From Tolypothrix carrinoi HA7290-LM1 (lineage in GTDB: Bacteria > Cyanobacteriota > Cyanobacteriia > Cyanobacteriales > Nostocaceae), in the NCBI GenBank assembly GCA_019358935.1, contig JAHHIK010000018.1, forward strand, positions 1 through 64,000: a stretch of 64,000 nucleotides of DNA. Reading direction: 5' to 3'. This document shows, piece after piece, positions 30,386-42,023 of the stretch. The stretch's first letter is position 1. Each line of letters begins with the position of its first letter. A program made the position numbers and the translations under genes. A model generated the notes under the pieces. It saw only the letters and a program-made list of their open reading frames with translations. It made no database searches and had not been told where the DNA came from.

Positions 30386-33142
30386 ATGAAAGCCGAACTC
30401 ACCCCAACTACTCTTCAATGTCAACGGACACTTGACTCAAGTCGGGAAACCCGCCCACGTCAGTGTCCTCCCGAACTCCTTGCACCAGCAGGTAATTGGG
30501 AATGCGCTAAAGCTGCTGTAGAAAATGGGGCAGATGCGATTTACTTCGGTTTGGAGCGGTTTAATGCCAGAATGCGGGCAGAAAACTTTACTGAGGCAGA
30601 TTTACCAGAATTAATGCAATTCCTCCACCGTCGAGGTGTGAAAGGCTATGTCACTCTAAATACACTTGTTTTTCCCCAAGAACTGCGAGAAGCACAGCAA
30701 TATATCCGCTCGATTATTACAGCGGGTGTAGATGCAGTAATCGTCCAAGATGTAGGAATTTGCCGTTTAATTCGTCATATTTCCCCAGATTTTCCCATCC
30801 ATGCTTCAACTCAGATGACTATCACCAGTGCCGCTGGTGTGGAATTTGCCCAGAAGTTAGGGTGTAATTTAGTTGTGCTTGCCCGTGAGTGTTCCCTGAA
30901 AGAAATCGACAAAATTAAGCAGCAAACCTCGCTACCTTTAGAAGTCTTTGTTCACGGTGCTTTATGCGTCGCTTATTCTGGGCAATGTTTGACGAGTGAA
31001 GCTTTAGGAGGACGTTCGGCTAATAGAGGTGAATGTGCCCAAGCTTGCCGGATGCCCTACGAGTTAATAGCAGATGGGGAAGTTGTAGATTTAGGCGATC
31101 GCAAATATTTACTCAGTCCTCAAGACTTGGCTGGGCTTGAGGTTCTGCCAGATTTAGTGAAGTCAGGCGTAACTTGTCTCAAAATTGAAGGGCGTTTGAA
31201 AGCGCCAGAGTATGTTGCTAATGTGACTCATGTTTATCGGCAAGCATTGGATCGGGTGATGGAGTTGGGAGACAGGGGGACAGGGGGACAAGGGGGACAA
31301 GGAGGACAAGGGGGACAAGGGGGACAAGGGGGACAAGGAGGACAAGGAGGACAAGAAGGAATTTCTCCCTTGTCTCCCCCCTCTCCCTTGTCTCCCCCCT
31401 CTCCCTTGTCCCCCCCTTCCCCCCTCTCCCCCTCCTCTTCTTCGGAACGCTACAATTTAGAGATGGCGTTTTCTCGCGGTATTTATACAGGCTGGTTCCG
31501 TGGAATTAACAATCAAGAACTGGTTCACGCCCGTTTTGGTAAAAAGCGCGGAGTTTACTTGGGGGAAGTTACTCGCATTCGCAACGAACAGGTAATTATT
31601 AAACTGTCAGCGCCTGTTAAACCTGGTGATGGTGTTGTTTTTGACTGCGGACATCCAGAGGCAAAAGAAGAAGGGGGTCGGATCTATGCAGTGGAATACA
31701 AAGGTAAAGAAGCTATACTGACCTTTGGGCGGCGTGACTTGAATCTGCATCGGCTGCATGTGGGTGATAAAGTATGGAAAACTAGCGACCCAGAATTAGA
31801 TAAGCAATTACGACAAAGTTTTGCTGGGGAAAATCCGCAATTTCAGCGTCCCATTTCTGTAGAGGTTTATGGAGAAGTGGGAGATAAGTTGATCGCGATC
31901 GCTCGTGACGAATTAAGCCATGTCGTTCGGGTAGAATCGACAATACCACTAGTTGAGGCACACACCAAACCCTTAACAAAAGAACGTTTGCACGAACAAT
32001 TCGCTAGGCTTGGCAATACTCCTTTTTGTTTAGCAGACTTGACAAATCACCTAAAAGATGCAATAATGCTGCCCGTAAGTGAATTAAATCGGATGCGACG
32101 GGAAATTGTGACGCAGTTAGAGGTTAGGCGATCGCTTCCCAAACGCTGGCAATTTAATCAAAACGCAACGCTAGCAGATTTACTACCAGCCAAAGAAACT
32201 ATTTCACCAAGTTCGTCAAATTTAATTGTCTTGATACGAAACTTAAGGCAACTGCAAGCAGCACTCGATGCGGGAATTGAAACAGTTTACTGTGAATTTG
32301 AAGATCCGCGTAAGTATCGCGAAGCGGTGAAGATGGTGCGTCAAGGGGATAGGGAGACAAGGGCGACGGGCGTGGAGACAAGGGGACAAGGAGGACAAGG
32401 AGGAATTTCTGCCTTGTCTTCCCCCCATCTCCCCCTTCCCCCCACTCCGCAAATTTGGCTAGCGCTACCGCGAATTACGAAACCTGGGGAAAACTGGATT
32501 TTGGAGCAAGTACGCGCTTGCAAGGCTGATGGTTATCTGGTGCGGAATTATGACCATTTACAATTCTTTGCACAAGAACGCTGTATAGGAGATTTCTCTT
32601 TTAACGTTGCGAATGCTTTAGCGGCAGATTACTTTAAACATCGCTTTGGTTTAGAAAGGGTGACGGCATCGTATGATTTAAACATTACCCAACTACAAGA
32701 CTTGCTTAATAGTTGTCCTCCGCAATGGTTTGAGGTAACAATTCATCAGCATATGCCGATGTTTCATATGGAGCATTGTGTCTTTTGTGCGTTTCTATCT
32801 CAAGGGACAGACTACACCAATTGCGGCAGACCATGTGAAAAGCATGAGGTGAAAATTAAAGATAGGGTAGGATGTTCACACATCCTGCAAGCGGATGTAG
32901 GTTGTCGCAATACAATATTTAACGGCACGGCTCAAACTGGAGCCGAATACGTACAGCGGCTCTTGGAGCTTGGTTTACAACACTTCCGGATTGAGTTTGT
33001 GAATGAGACACCCCAAGAAGTGACGCAAACGATACATTGCTATCAACAACTGTTGCAAGGCGAGATTACAGGTTCTCAACTTTGGCGAGAATTAAAGCTG
33101 CAATTTCGGCAGCTTGGTGTGACTCGGTGGGAGCGTGGATAG
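30386..33142 (+). CDS. Peptidase U32 family protein (RlhA-like), with two in-frame repeat insertions
   Basis: ELLAPAG, GADAIY, HASTQ, HGALC...SGQC, NRG.CAQ.CR and KIEGR motifs. Confidence 0.92.
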   Translation: MKAELTPTTLQCQRTLDSSRETRPRQCPPELLAPAGNWECAKAAVENGADAIYFGLERFNARMRAENFTEADLPELMQFLHRRGVKGYVTLNTLVFPQELREAQQYIRSIITAGVDAVIVQDVGICRLIRHISPDFPIHASTQMTITSAAGVEFAQKLGCNLVVLARECSLKEIDKIKQQTSLPLEVFVHGALCVAYSGQCLTSEALGGRSANRGECAQACRMPYELIADGEVVDLGDRKYLLSPQDLAGLEVLPDLVKSGVTCLKIEGRLKAPEYVANVTHVYRQALDRVMELGDRGTGGQGGQGGQGGQGGQGGQGGQGGQEGISPLSPPSPLSPPSPLSPPSPLSPSSSSERYNLEMAFSRGIYTGWFRGINNQELVHARFGKKRGVYLGEVTRIRNEQVIIKLSAPVKPGDGVVFDCGHPEAKEEGGRIYAVEYKGKEAILTFGRRDLNLHRLHVGDKVWKTSDPELDKQLRQSFAGENPQFQRPISVEVYGEVGDKLIAIARDELSHVVRVESTIPLVEAHTKPLTKERLHEQFARLGNTPFCLADLTNHLKDAIMLPVSELNRMRREIVTQLEVRRSLPKRWQFNQNATLADLLPAKETISPSSSNLIVLIRNLRQLQAALDAGIETVYCEFEDPRKYREAVKMVRQGDRETRATGVETRGQGGQGGISALSSPHLPLPPTPQIWLALPRITKPGENWILEQVRACKADGYLVRNYDHLQFFAQERCIGDFSFNVANALAADYFKHRFGLERVTASYDLNITQLQDLLNSCPPQWFEVTIHQHMPMFHMEHCVFCAFLSQGTDYTNCGRPCEKHEVKIKDRVGCSHILQADVGCRNTIFNGTAQTGAEYVQRLLELGLQHFRIEFVNETPQEVTQTIHCYQQLLQGEITGSQLWRELKLQFRQLGVTRWERG

Positions 33143-33255
33143 TTGATAGTGGATAGTTGATAGTGGATGGTTGTAACGAGTACTTTTTGACAACCAACAA
33201 CGCTCCAACTATCCCCTAACAACTAACAACGCTCCAACTATCCCCTAACAACTAA

Positions 33256-34614
33256 TTATTTTCCCAATTTATTAGGAATGCCTTCACAACCACCGGGAAT
33301 TGTACCTCTGCTTTTTTCGCCACACCAAGCGCAGCAGTAGTAACGATTAGCCTCAGACATCCGCTGGACATCGGTAAAATCGGCATTTTCTACGACAGCG
33401 CCGGTATGTTCGCCAGTTTCGTATTTTGGGGCTTCGCTGCGACTGCGAGGGGATGCGGTTTCTGCTGAACCATAAAACAAGCGAGTGCTGTTCAGGTCGG
33501 CTTGATTGAGATTGGCATCATATAAAATAGTGCGGCTCATATTTGCCTTTACTAAGTCACATTCGCTAAGATTAGCGCGGACAAGATTAGCTTCGCTCAA
33601 GTCTGTCCAACGTAAATCTGTACCGGAAAGGTCTGCACCTGCAAGCATGACGCCTAAATCGATGACACGCAAACCTAAAAGGCGATCTTCAGCGTAACCA
33701 CCGCTACCATCAAGAATCGCTCGACCAAGGTGGCGATCGCGTTTTAAAGGTGTAAGCAATTTCGACCGCGAGAGAAAGCGGAGAATTTTCGCTTTACCGT
33801 TGCCATCTACACTACTAAATATTGCCGCAGTTCGTCCTTCTGCGATCGCTCTTTCTTGAGGCCAATCTTCTAATAGTCCTTGTTCATCTAATACTAAGTC
33901 GGAAATGCCTTGAAAATACGAATCTATTGTCTGCTGCTGGGTGATGATGTTTTGCTGTACTGTTAGCAGATTTTGCTGAATTGTCAAGTCTTTGGATATA
34001 ACGTATTGTCGCCAAGCAACATAAACGGCGATGATGGCGATGAGAATTTGCCCCAATGCACCAAACCAGTCTGCTAATGTTCCCGAAGCTTCCCAGTTAA
34101 TTTTGCGTCCCCAAGCTAGCAACAAAGAACCGATACCACCGAACTTGATTAAGCCAAAAATCGATACTAAAACTCCCAAAAAGGCAACAAGCAGCGTTCG
34201 TTCTTGAAATGAAAACCATTCGTCTACGACAACTTGCAACCAAGGTATCAGTATTATCAGGGATAACACTAAAGTTAATAGTGTGCCGCAGATGCCAATT
34301 ATCCAGTTATTTATGGCTATTCCGATAAAAGTGATGGCGATCGCCAGCAAAATAATCAGTAATGCCCGTGGCTTAACTGGTACGCTTTTAGTAATGCGTT
34401 GCTTGAGGAAAGACTGCGCTTGTTTGAGAGCAACTCGATTTTGCTGAGATTGCAAAGAAGCACCCATTGCTATGGCTTGTTGAGTCGCAAGCTTTTCTGG
34501 GGTAAGGCAATTCTCGCTTGCACCACCGTCAAAGTCATCTGGTTGCAAGTCCTGTTCCGGAATGGAATCTGGGGTTGGTAGATGGGATGAGTTGGAGTTG
34601 GATTCAATCGTCAT
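33256..34614 (-). CDS. Membrane-anchored pentapeptide repeat protein
   Basis: About 4 TM segments followed by A(D/N)Lxx repeats (ADLSG TDLRW TDLSE ANLVR ANLSE). Confidence 0.88.
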   Translation of the reverse strand: MTIESNSNSSHLPTPDSIPEQDLQPDDFDGGASENCLTPEKLATQQAIAMGASLQSQQNRVALKQAQSFLKQRITKSVPVKPRALLIILLAIAITFIGIAINNWIIGICGTLLTLVLSLIILIPWLQVVVDEWFSFQERTLLVAFLGVLVSIFGLIKFGGIGSLLLAWGRKINWEASGTLADWFGALGQILIAIIAVYVAWRQYVISKDLTIQQNLLTVQQNIITQQQTIDSYFQGISDLVLDEQGLLEDWPQERAIAEGRTAAIFSSVDGNGKAKILRFLSRSKLLTPLKRDRHLGRAILDGSGGYAEDRLLGLRVIDLGVMLAGADLSGTDLRWTDLSEANLVRANLSECDLVKANMSRTILYDANLNQADLNSTRLFYGSAETASPRSRSEAPKYETGEHTGAVVENADFTDVQRMSEANRYYCCAWCGEKSRGTIPGGCEGIPNKLGK

Positions 34615-34707
34615 GTTTTCTATTTTGCCCCAGCAGACTTGTTTCTTGCGCTGTTTTATCGTAGCCGCGATTGGGTAGGGTTAGGCAACAACCATAGGTT
34701 ATAAGAG

Positions 34708-35020
34708 GCGATCGCTCTTTTTGATGCCCCCAGAAGAAGCTTGGAATAATAGAGGTATTGTGCTGAGATATCTGCAACGCTACTTCAGATGCACTCACAT
34801 CTTTTAAGGGCGCGATCGCCAAAAAACCTGCCCCCAGAAGAAGCTTAGAATAATCGAGGTGTTGCCTTAAATTACTTAACAACGTATGAAAAAGCAATTA
34901 AATTTTATGACAAACCGATCGCCAAAAAACCTGACTTTTTTAACGCTTGGAATAATCGAGGCATTGGATTAATAGAATTAAAAAGGTATGAAGAACCACT
35001 TGAATCTTTTAATAAAACAA
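34708..35020 (+). pseudogene. Degenerate TPR gene remnant
   Basis: Three decayed units (EAWNNRGIVL, EA*NNRGVAL, NAWNNRGIGL..LKRYEE) with stops and frameshifts. Confidence 0.7.
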
Positions 35021-35244
35021 ATAACTCCAAATTAGCTATCTACAATCAAGCAAATAACTAGCTTTGAACAAATATGTATAATTTATGTTAAAATAAGTTG
35101 ATGTTATTTGCCAAAAAATCTTTGTATTGGTTAAGTTTTTTTTTGAAAATTCAGCAAATATTTGCAAAAATCATAACGTAGACTGATATTATCAAAAAAG
35201 ATGATAAGCGTTTGATAAATATTACTTTGTAATGTAGGTACAGC

Positions 35245-35988
35245 ATGGTTGTTTGGCGCGACTTAGGGGCAACTAGCTTGTTCGCTTTATTGATCGTCAG
35301 CTGTAGTGATGGGACAAACTCAGCAGGAGAGATGAGCAAACAAGTAGTACAAAAAACCAATGTATCCCCGCTTTTGGCAGAAGCTTATGAGACACAAAAG
35401 GTAGAAGATTATTTTCAGCAAGGAAATAATTTTTTAGAATTACACCGCTACAATTTGGCGATCGCATCCTACGACAAAGCGATCGCTATCAAACCAGATA
35501 AGTACGAAGCTTGGATTAATCAAGGTAATGCTTTAACAGCACTGCAACGCTACCAAGACGCGATCGCATCCTACGACAAAGCGATCGCCATAAAAAAAGA
35601 CTTGCATTCAGCTTGGTATAACCGAGGAAATGCCTTAACATCACTGCACCTTTATGAAGATGCTGTAGTAGCATATAAAAAAGCGATCGCTATCAAACCA
35701 GACAAGTATGAAGCCTGGATTAACCAAGGAATTGCCTTGACAAAATTGGCACGCTACACTGAAGCGATCGCCGCATACGACAAAGCGATCGCCATTCAGC
35801 CGAAAAAACATGAAGCTTATTACAATAAAGCTTGCTCTTATGCTTTACAAAATAATATTGAATTAACAACAGAGAACCTGCAAAAGGCAATCAAGCTTTA
35901 TCCTAATAAATATCAGCAATTAGCAAAAAGCGATCCAGATTTTGATAAAGTGCGTCGCGACAAACGCTTTCGGGAATTACTGCAATAA
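35245..35988 (+). CDS. TPR-repeat lipoprotein
   Basis: Lipobox-like IVSC; repeats of AIASYDKAIAIKP..EAWINQG. Confidence 0.9.
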   Translation: MVVWRDLGATSLFALLIVSCSDGTNSAGEMSKQVVQKTNVSPLLAEAYETQKVEDYFQQGNNFLELHRYNLAIASYDKAIAIKPDKYEAWINQGNALTALQRYQDAIASYDKAIAIKKDLHSAWYNRGNALTSLHLYEDAVVAYKKAIAIKPDKYEAWINQGIALTKLARYTEAIAAYDKAIAIQPKKHEAYYNKACSYALQNNIELTTENLQKAIKLYPNKYQQLAKSDPDFDKVRRDKRFRELLQ

Positions 35989-36137
35989 TCGATTCAAAGA
36001 AGAAAAAAACAATTATCATTAAAATTATGTCTATTTTAAAATTTATCGCAACATTAATTGAGTTGAAAACATAAAACTATAACTCAAGACAGATATTCTC
36101 ACGCAATAAATACAGAGTATATTTGAATAAATAAAGT

Positions 36138-36248
36138 GGCGTTGCTGATTTGAAGTATGAATTTGGTGATGTCAATATTGGGATATAGTTTTGTAGAAGC
36201 AATTCATGAATTGCTTCTACGCTCATTCACGCCCAATTCAGCAACGCC
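36138..36248. mobile_element. MITE (GGCGTTGCTGA...TCAGCAACGCC) with 8-bp target duplication AATAAAGT
   Basis: 11-bp TIRs, AATAAAGT on both flanks, internal GTAGAAGCAATTCATGAATTGCTTCTAC palindrome. Confidence 0.8.
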
Positions 36249-36280
36249 AATAAAGTTATATGGTATAGGGGTGTGGAAAT

Positions 36281-36841
36281 ATGTATACTAAAGCCAAAAT
36301 TTTACATTTAACAGTAGAAGAATATCTGCAACTTGAACTGGAAAGCGTAGTTCACCATGAATACATTGGTGGGCAAGTATATGCAACGGTAGCAAACAGT
36401 GAAAACAATAAAATAATTACCGCAAATCTATTAACTCGATTGCGAGGACATTTACTGGGTAAAAGCTGCCGAGTCTTTTCGTCAGATATGAAAGTAAAAA
36501 TCGAAGCGCTTGATGTATTTTATCACCCAGATATTTGTGTGACTTGCGATCCTTCTGACCGAGAAAAAGTTTTTAAAATTAATCCCTGTCTAATAGTAGA
36601 AATTATTTCCCCAGAAACAGAACGCATACACCGCAACGAAAAGCTAATGAATTATCAGCAAATAAAAAGTTTACAAGAGTATGTGTTAATTTCGGAATCA
36701 GAAAAAAAAATTGATATTTACCGTAAATATAATCATCAAACTTGGTTTTTGGAGCAATTTTTTACCACAGATATAATGAAATTGTCATCAGTCGGTTTGG
36801 AAATGGCGATCGCCGAAATTTATGAAGATGTAGAATTTTAA
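36281..36841 (+). CDS. Uma2 (DUF820) family endonuclease-like protein
   Basis: LTVEEYL, HEYIGG, PD..V.C, LIVEIISP and LQEYVLI motifs. Confidence 0.9.
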   Translation: MYTKAKILHLTVEEYLQLELESVVHHEYIGGQVYATVANSENNKIITANLLTRLRGHLLGKSCRVFSSDMKVKIEALDVFYHPDICVTCDPSDREKVFKINPCLIVEIISPETERIHRNEKLMNYQQIKSLQEYVLISESEKKIDIYRKYNHQTWFLEQFFTTDIMKLSSVGLEMAIAEIYEDVEF

Positions 36842-36878
36842 TATTTATTGCTAAAACTACCGCGTTTTCTGCAAAAAT

Positions 36879-37748
36879 ATGAAAAAATTGTTAATTACTG
36901 GTATTAGTGGCTTTTTAGGATGGAATATTTGCCAGTTAGCACGAGAATGGCAAGTTTATGGAACTTATTTATCTCATTCTCTGAATATTCCCGGTATAAA
37001 CACCCTAAAAGTTAACTTAACAAATTTTCCAGAAATTAAACAAATATTTGATGAAATTCAGCCAGCAGCAGTAATTCATACTGCCGCACAATCTCAGCCA
37101 AACTTTTGTCAAACCCACCCCGAAGAATCACACGCAATCAATGTAGAAGCATCGAGTAATATAGCTGGACTTTGTGCGGATTATAATATCAAGTGTGTTT
37201 TTACATCAACTGACTTAGTTTTTGATGGCTTGAATGCACCTTATAGTGAAACAGACGCAGTATGTCCGGTAAATCTTTACGGTGAGCAAAAAGTGATGGC
37301 AGAAGCTGCTATGCTGAAACGATATCCGATGACAGCAGTGTGTAGAATGCCGTTAATGTTTGGGATGGCTACACCCACAGCTACAAGCTTTATGCAGCCA
37401 TTTATGCAAACTTTGAAAGAGGGAAAAGAACTAAAGTTATTTATAAATGAATTTCGCACCCCAGTAAGTGGAAAAACTGCCGCAAAAGGACTTTTATTAG
37501 CGTTAGAAAAAGTCAACGGCATAATTCACTTGGGTGGTAAAGAGCGGATTTCGCGTTATGATTTTGGTAAGTTATTAGTAGAAGTATTTCAACTGCCTTC
37601 TACAAATTTGCAAGCTTGCCGACAACAAGATGTGAAAATGGCAGCACCCAGACCTAGTGATGTTTCTTTGGATAGTTCTAAAGCTTTTGCGTTGGGGTAT
37701 AAACCTTTATTTATAAAGGAAGAATTAAAGGCTTTAATTAATAAATAA
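36879..37748 (+). CDS. RmlD-like NAD(P)-dependent reductase (SDR)
   Basis: ITGISGFLG, STDLVFDG, YGEQK and RPSDVSL motifs. Confidence 0.88.
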   Translation: MKKLLITGISGFLGWNICQLAREWQVYGTYLSHSLNIPGINTLKVNLTNFPEIKQIFDEIQPAAVIHTAAQSQPNFCQTHPEESHAINVEASSNIAGLCADYNIKCVFTSTDLVFDGLNAPYSETDAVCPVNLYGEQKVMAEAAMLKRYPMTAVCRMPLMFGMATPTATSFMQPFMQTLKEGKELKLFINEFRTPVSGKTAAKGLLLALEKVNGIIHLGGKERISRYDFGKLLVEVFQLPSTNLQACRQQDVKMAAPRPSDVSLDSSKAFALGYKPLFIKEELKALINK

Positions 37749-37857
37749 TAACCTCACGCAAAGGCGCAAAGACGCAAAGAAAGATTTACTTTGCGACGGC
37801 AGTTGCTTCAAGCCGGGAGACCCGTCCAACGCACTGCCTCGTCTTTGCGTGAGATTT

Positions 37858-40764
37858 TTATGAATAAGCGTCCATTGGCAGACAAGAACAAACAAAATTC
37901 CTGTCACCATAGGCATTGTCAATTCTACCTACAGACATCCAAAATTTATGTTCGCGAGTCCAAGGTGCAGGATATGCAGCTTGTTCGCGAGAATAGGGAT
38001 GATTCCATTCTCCGGTGATGAGACTTTCGGCACTGTGAGGTGCATTCTTCAAGACATTATCTTGAGCATCCATTTTGCCTGATTCGATTTCGGCGATTTC
38101 TTTACGAATCGCAATCATCGCATCGCAAAAACGATCTAATTCTTGTTTTGATTCGCTTTCGGTGGGTTCTACCATGATTGTACCAGCGACGGGCCAGGAG
38201 ACGGTTGGTGCATGGAAACCGTAATCCATCAAACGCTTGGCAATATCATCGATGTCGATATTCGCGGATTTTTTAAGCGATCGCAAGTCTAAAATGCACT
38301 CATGGGCAACTAAAGCATTTTTCCCTTTATATAAAACAGGGTAGTACTTTTCAAGTCTCTTAGCGATGTAATTCGCATTCAGAATCGCTACCTTGGTTGC
38401 ATCCTTCAAACCATCCGCACCCATCATCGCGATGTACATCCAAGATATTACCAAAATGCTAGCGCTACCCCAAGGTGCAGCTGCGATCGCACTAATCGAT
38501 TTTGGATTATTTTCGTGCATTTGCACAACGGAGTGTCCGGGTAAAAAAGGCACTAAATGAGAAGCAACACCAATTGGTCCCATACCCGGACCACCACCAC
38601 CATGAGGAATACAGAAGGTTTTGTGTAAGTTCAAGTGACAAACATCAGCACCAAAATCTCCCGGACGACAAATACCAACTTGGGCATTCATATTAGCCCC
38701 ATCCATGTAAACTTGTCCACCGTGAGAGTGAACAACAGCGCAGATTTCTTGAATTTGCTCTTCAAATACGCCATGAGTTGAGGGATATGTCACCATTAAA
38801 GCAGCAAGTTGGTTGCTATGCTTTTCTGCTTTTGCTTTTAAGTCGTTTAAATCAACATTACCTTCCACATCACAAGCAACTGGTACTACCTTCATCCCGG
38901 ACATCACCGCACTTGCGGGATTTGTTCCGTGTGCAGATGTGGGAATTAAACAGATATTGCGGTGTTGTTCTTTGCGACTTTCGTGATATTCACGAATTAC
39001 TAAAAGTCCCGTGTATTCACCTTGAGAACCGGCGTTTGGTTGGAGAGAGATTCCGGCAAAACCGGTGATTTCTGCCAACCATTCTTCAAGTTGATCGAAC
39101 AGAATTTGATAACCTTGGGTTTGCGATCGCGGGGCAAATGGATGAATATTACCGAATTCCGCCCAAGTTACGGGTATCATTTCCGATGTTGCATTCAACT
39201 TCATCGTACACGAACCCAAGGGAATCATCGATGTAGTTAAGGACAAATCTTTACTTTCTAACTTGTGCAGATAGCGCAATAACTCAGTTTCTGAATGATA
39301 GGAGTTGAAGACGGGGTGGGTGAGGTAGCTGGTTGTGCGCTTTAGGGGGAGAGGGGGAGAGGGGGAGAGGGGGAGAGGGGGGGATGGTAATTTGTCGTCA
39401 AAAGCGAAAATCTCTAAGAGGTCTTCTAAATCTTTTACTGTCGTTGTTTCACCTAAAGATATCCCAACCGCAGTTTCATCATAAATCCGCAAGTTGATTT
39501 TTTGCGCTTCGCAAGAAGAGAGAATTGCATCTTTACTGCGTGTTCCCAACTCGACTTTGAGAGTATCAAAGAAGTTTTCGCTGACGATGCTGTAACCGAG
39601 ACGTTTCAATCCTTCAGCTAACATTACTGTCTTGCTGTGGATATTCTCGGCAATTTGCTTAAGTCCTGCTGAACCATGATATACCGCGTACATACTCGCC
39701 ATCACCGCCAGCAGTACTTGTGCTGTACAAATATTGCTAGTTGCTTTATCGCGACGAATGTGCTGTTCGCGGGTTTGTAAAGCCAGACGCAATGCCGCTT
39801 TACCTTGAGAATCTTTTGATACACCGACAATCCGCCCTGGAACTTGCCGCTTATACTCTTCTTTGGTGGCGAAGTATGCCGCATGAGGTCCCCCAAACCC
39901 CAAGGGAATACCAAAGCGCTGCGTGCTTCCTACGGCGATATCAGCGCCAAATTCGCCAGGGGGTGTTAACAAAGTTAAGCTTAATGGATCTGCGGCTACC
40001 GTTACCAATGCACCCTCAGCATGGGCTTTTTCTATAAAAGCGCGGTAGTCATAAATCGTGCCATCACTAGCAGGATATTGGAGAATTGCTCCAAATATCA
40101 ATTGTGCGAAATCAAAGGTTTGATGGTCGCCAACTACGATCTTAATTCCTAAGGGTTTCGCCCGCGTCTGCAACACGTCGATAGTTTGCGGATGACAGTC
40201 TTGCGATACAAAGTAGCTATTTGCCTTATTTTTGCAAACACCATAACTCATACTCATTGCTTCTGCTGCTGCGGTTGCTTCATCCAGCAAGGAAGCGTTA
40301 GCAATTTCCAAACCTGTCAAATCGATAATCATGGTTTGGAAATTCAGCAGCGCTTCTAATCGTCCTTGGGCGATTTCTGACTGATAGGGAGTGTAAGCTG
40401 TATACCAACCGGGGTTTTCTAGAATATTGCGCTGTATTACAGGCGGGGTGATACAGTCGTAATATCCCATGCCAATGAATGAGCGGTAAACTTCATTCTT
40501 GACAGCGATTTGTTTTAACTTTGCCAGTGCTGCATACTCACTTAATGCTTCTGGCAATTGTAAAGATTGTTTCAGCCGAATTGCCTGGGGTACTGTTTTG
40601 TCGATGAGTGCATCGAGGTTGGAAATCCCCAATAATTCAAGCATTTGTTGGATGTCATCAAAGTTGGGTCCAATGTGACGTTCCGGAAAATTACTTGACT
40701 TTTGACTCGTTTGACTCAGTACCTGCTCATGGCTTGACTGAGGACGAGAGGCGTAGAATACCAC
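37858..40764 (-). CDS. gcvP: Glycine dehydrogenase (decarboxylating), P protein
   Basis: [28 protein letters not shown] and HLNLHKTF motifs. Confidence 0.97.
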   Translation of the reverse strand: MVFYASRPQSSHEQVLSQTSQKSSNFPERHIGPNFDDIQQMLELLGISNLDALIDKTVPQAIRLKQSLQLPEALSEYAALAKLKQIAVKNEVYRSFIGMGYYDCITPPVIQRNILENPGWYTAYTPYQSEIAQGRLEALLNFQTMIIDLTGLEIANASLLDEATAAAEAMSMSYGVCKNKANSYFVSQDCHPQTIDVLQTRAKPLGIKIVVGDHQTFDFAQLIFGAILQYPASDGTIYDYRAFIEKAHAEGALVTVAADPLSLTLLTPPGEFGADIAVGSTQRFGIPLGFGGPHAAYFATKEEYKRQVPGRIVGVSKDSQGKAALRLALQTREQHIRRDKATSNICTAQVLLAVMASMYAVYHGSAGLKQIAENIHSKTVMLAEGLKRLGYSIVSENFFDTLKVELGTRSKDAILSSCEAQKINLRIYDETAVGISLGETTTVKDLEDLLEIFAFDDKLPSPPLPLSPSPPLPLKRTTSYLTHPVFNSYHSETELLRYLHKLESKDLSLTTSMIPLGSCTMKLNATSEMIPVTWAEFGNIHPFAPRSQTQGYQILFDQLEEWLAEITGFAGISLQPNAGSQGEYTGLLVIREYHESRKEQHRNICLIPTSAHGTNPASAVMSGMKVVPVACDVEGNVDLNDLKAKAEKHSNQLAALMVTYPSTHGVFEEQIQEICAVVHSHGGQVYMDGANMNAQVGICRPGDFGADVCHLNLHKTFCIPHGGGGPGMGPIGVASHLVPFLPGHSVVQMHENNPKSISAIAAAPWGSASILVISWMYIAMMGADGLKDATKVAILNANYIAKRLEKYYPVLYKGKNALVAHECILDLRSLKKSANIDIDDIAKRLMDYGFHAPTVSWPVAGTIMVEPTESESKQELDRFCDAMIAIRKEIAEIESGKMDAQDNVLKNAPHSAESLITGEWNHPYSREQAAYPAPWTREHKFWMSVGRIDNAYGDRNFVCSCLPMDAYS

Positions 40765-40867
40765 AAACTGCTCTCCAGACGCGACTATTTCATATTTTGC
40801 AACATCTATATTTGTCGCGTCGGCATCTGCTTACCAGTTTATCTAAATTTCATGATTTATGTCCGGA

Positions 40868-41046
40868 TGGGGAGAGGGGGAGACAAGGGAGACAAGGGAG
40901 AGGGGGGAGACAAGGGAGAGGGGGGAGACAAGGGAGACAAGGGGGAGGGGGGAGACAAGGGAGAAATTTTTTCTTGTCCTCCTTGTCCTCCTTGTCCCCC
41001 AAGTCCTCCTTGTCCTCCTTGTCCCCCTTGTCCCCCTTGTCCCCCC
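40868..41046. repeat. GGAGACAAG and TTGTCCCC 9-mer arrays in roughly inverted orientation
   Basis: Visible tandem units between gcvH and gcvP. Confidence 0.85.
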
Positions 41047-41047
41047 A

Positions 41048-41437
41048 CTACTCGCCGGCGACTAGGGTGCTATACTCTTTGGCTGTTAAAGCATCATCAA
41101 TGTCACCGGGATCGTTGACGCGCACTTTTAGCAACCATCCTTCACCGTAGGGGTCATCTGATACTTGTTCGGGATCGTCTATCATGGCGTCGTTGCGCTC
41201 GATGACTGTGCCGGTAACTGGTGAGTTTAAAGTTTCGACGGCTTTGACTGATTCAATTGAGCCAAACATTTCATTGCGGGTCACGGTGTCGTTTACTTCG
41301 GGTAATTCCACAAATACAACCTCACCTAATTGCTGTACTGCAAAGGCACTAATGCCGATGGTGGCAATTTCGCCTTCTAACCGCACGTATTCGTGAGAAT
41401 CCAGGTATCTCAAATCTTCAGGATATTCCAAAGACAT
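41048..41437 (-). CDS. gcvH: Glycine cleavage system H protein
   Basis: HEY, ESVKA lipoyl site and DPYGEGWL. Confidence 0.97.
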   Translation of the reverse strand: MSLEYPEDLRYLDSHEYVRLEGEIATIGISAFAVQQLGEVVFVELPEVNDTVTRNEMFGSIESVKAVETLNSPVTGTVIERNDAMIDDPEQVSDDPYGEGWLLKVRVNDPGDIDDALTAKEYSTLVAGE

Positions 41438-41678
41438 ATTAGTTCCTCTTTTATGTGAAATAAATTAATGCTGAATGCGCGATCGCCTACACTTGATCGA
41501 TAATTAACCATATTTTGCAATCTTCGTCAAAAATATCGGCATCGCCTAATGTTGGATTTTCAGGTCGGGGTGAGTTTAATTGATTTCAGTTTCCGATGTC
41601 AAGTTGTTTATATATTACGGTAGGATTTTTGATACCGCTTTCATACGCTAAAAAAGAAAAAAGAGCGATCGCCTATCA

Positions 41679-41780
41679 TATACCAGTCGGTTCGGGAGAG
41701 GTGAAGTTAGATTCGGTGACTTTTTAAAGAAGTCACCGAATCTGGACACGGCGAATTTTCACAAATCTAAGATTGCTATA
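41679..41780. mobile_element. Degenerate MITE-like element (TATACCAGTC...GATTGCTATA) with internal hairpin
   Basis: Imperfect TIRs; AGATTCGGTGACTT...AAGTCACCGAATCT hairpin. Confidence 0.45.
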
Positions 41781-41813
41781 TCATAATTTAAGTTCGGATC
41801 TTGGAGTTTCGAG

Positions 41814-42023
41814 TTCAAAGGCTCATCGTTCAGGTTCAAAGGCTCAAACTTGACCTTCAGAAGCTCAAACTTGACCTTCAGAAGCTCATCGTTGACCTTC
41901 AGAGGCTCAAAGTTGACCTTCAGAAGCTCATCGTTGACCTTCAGAAGCTCATCGTTGACCTTCAAAGGCTCAAAGTTGACCTTCAGAAGCTCAAACTTGA
42001 CCTTCAAAGGCTCATCGTTGACC
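41814..42023. repeat. Ten 21-bp tandem units (TTCAGAAGCTCATCGTTGACC-like)
   Basis: Exact 21-nt period; open in several frames. Confidence 0.9.

Noticed and set aside
34604..34897. 97-aa minus-strand ORF
   Set aside because: Better explained as the antisense of the decayed TPR gene
41814..42023. CRISPR array (also considered for 3430-3618 and 62708-62839)
   Set aside because: Units are contiguous tandem repeats without unique spacers, and there are no cas genes
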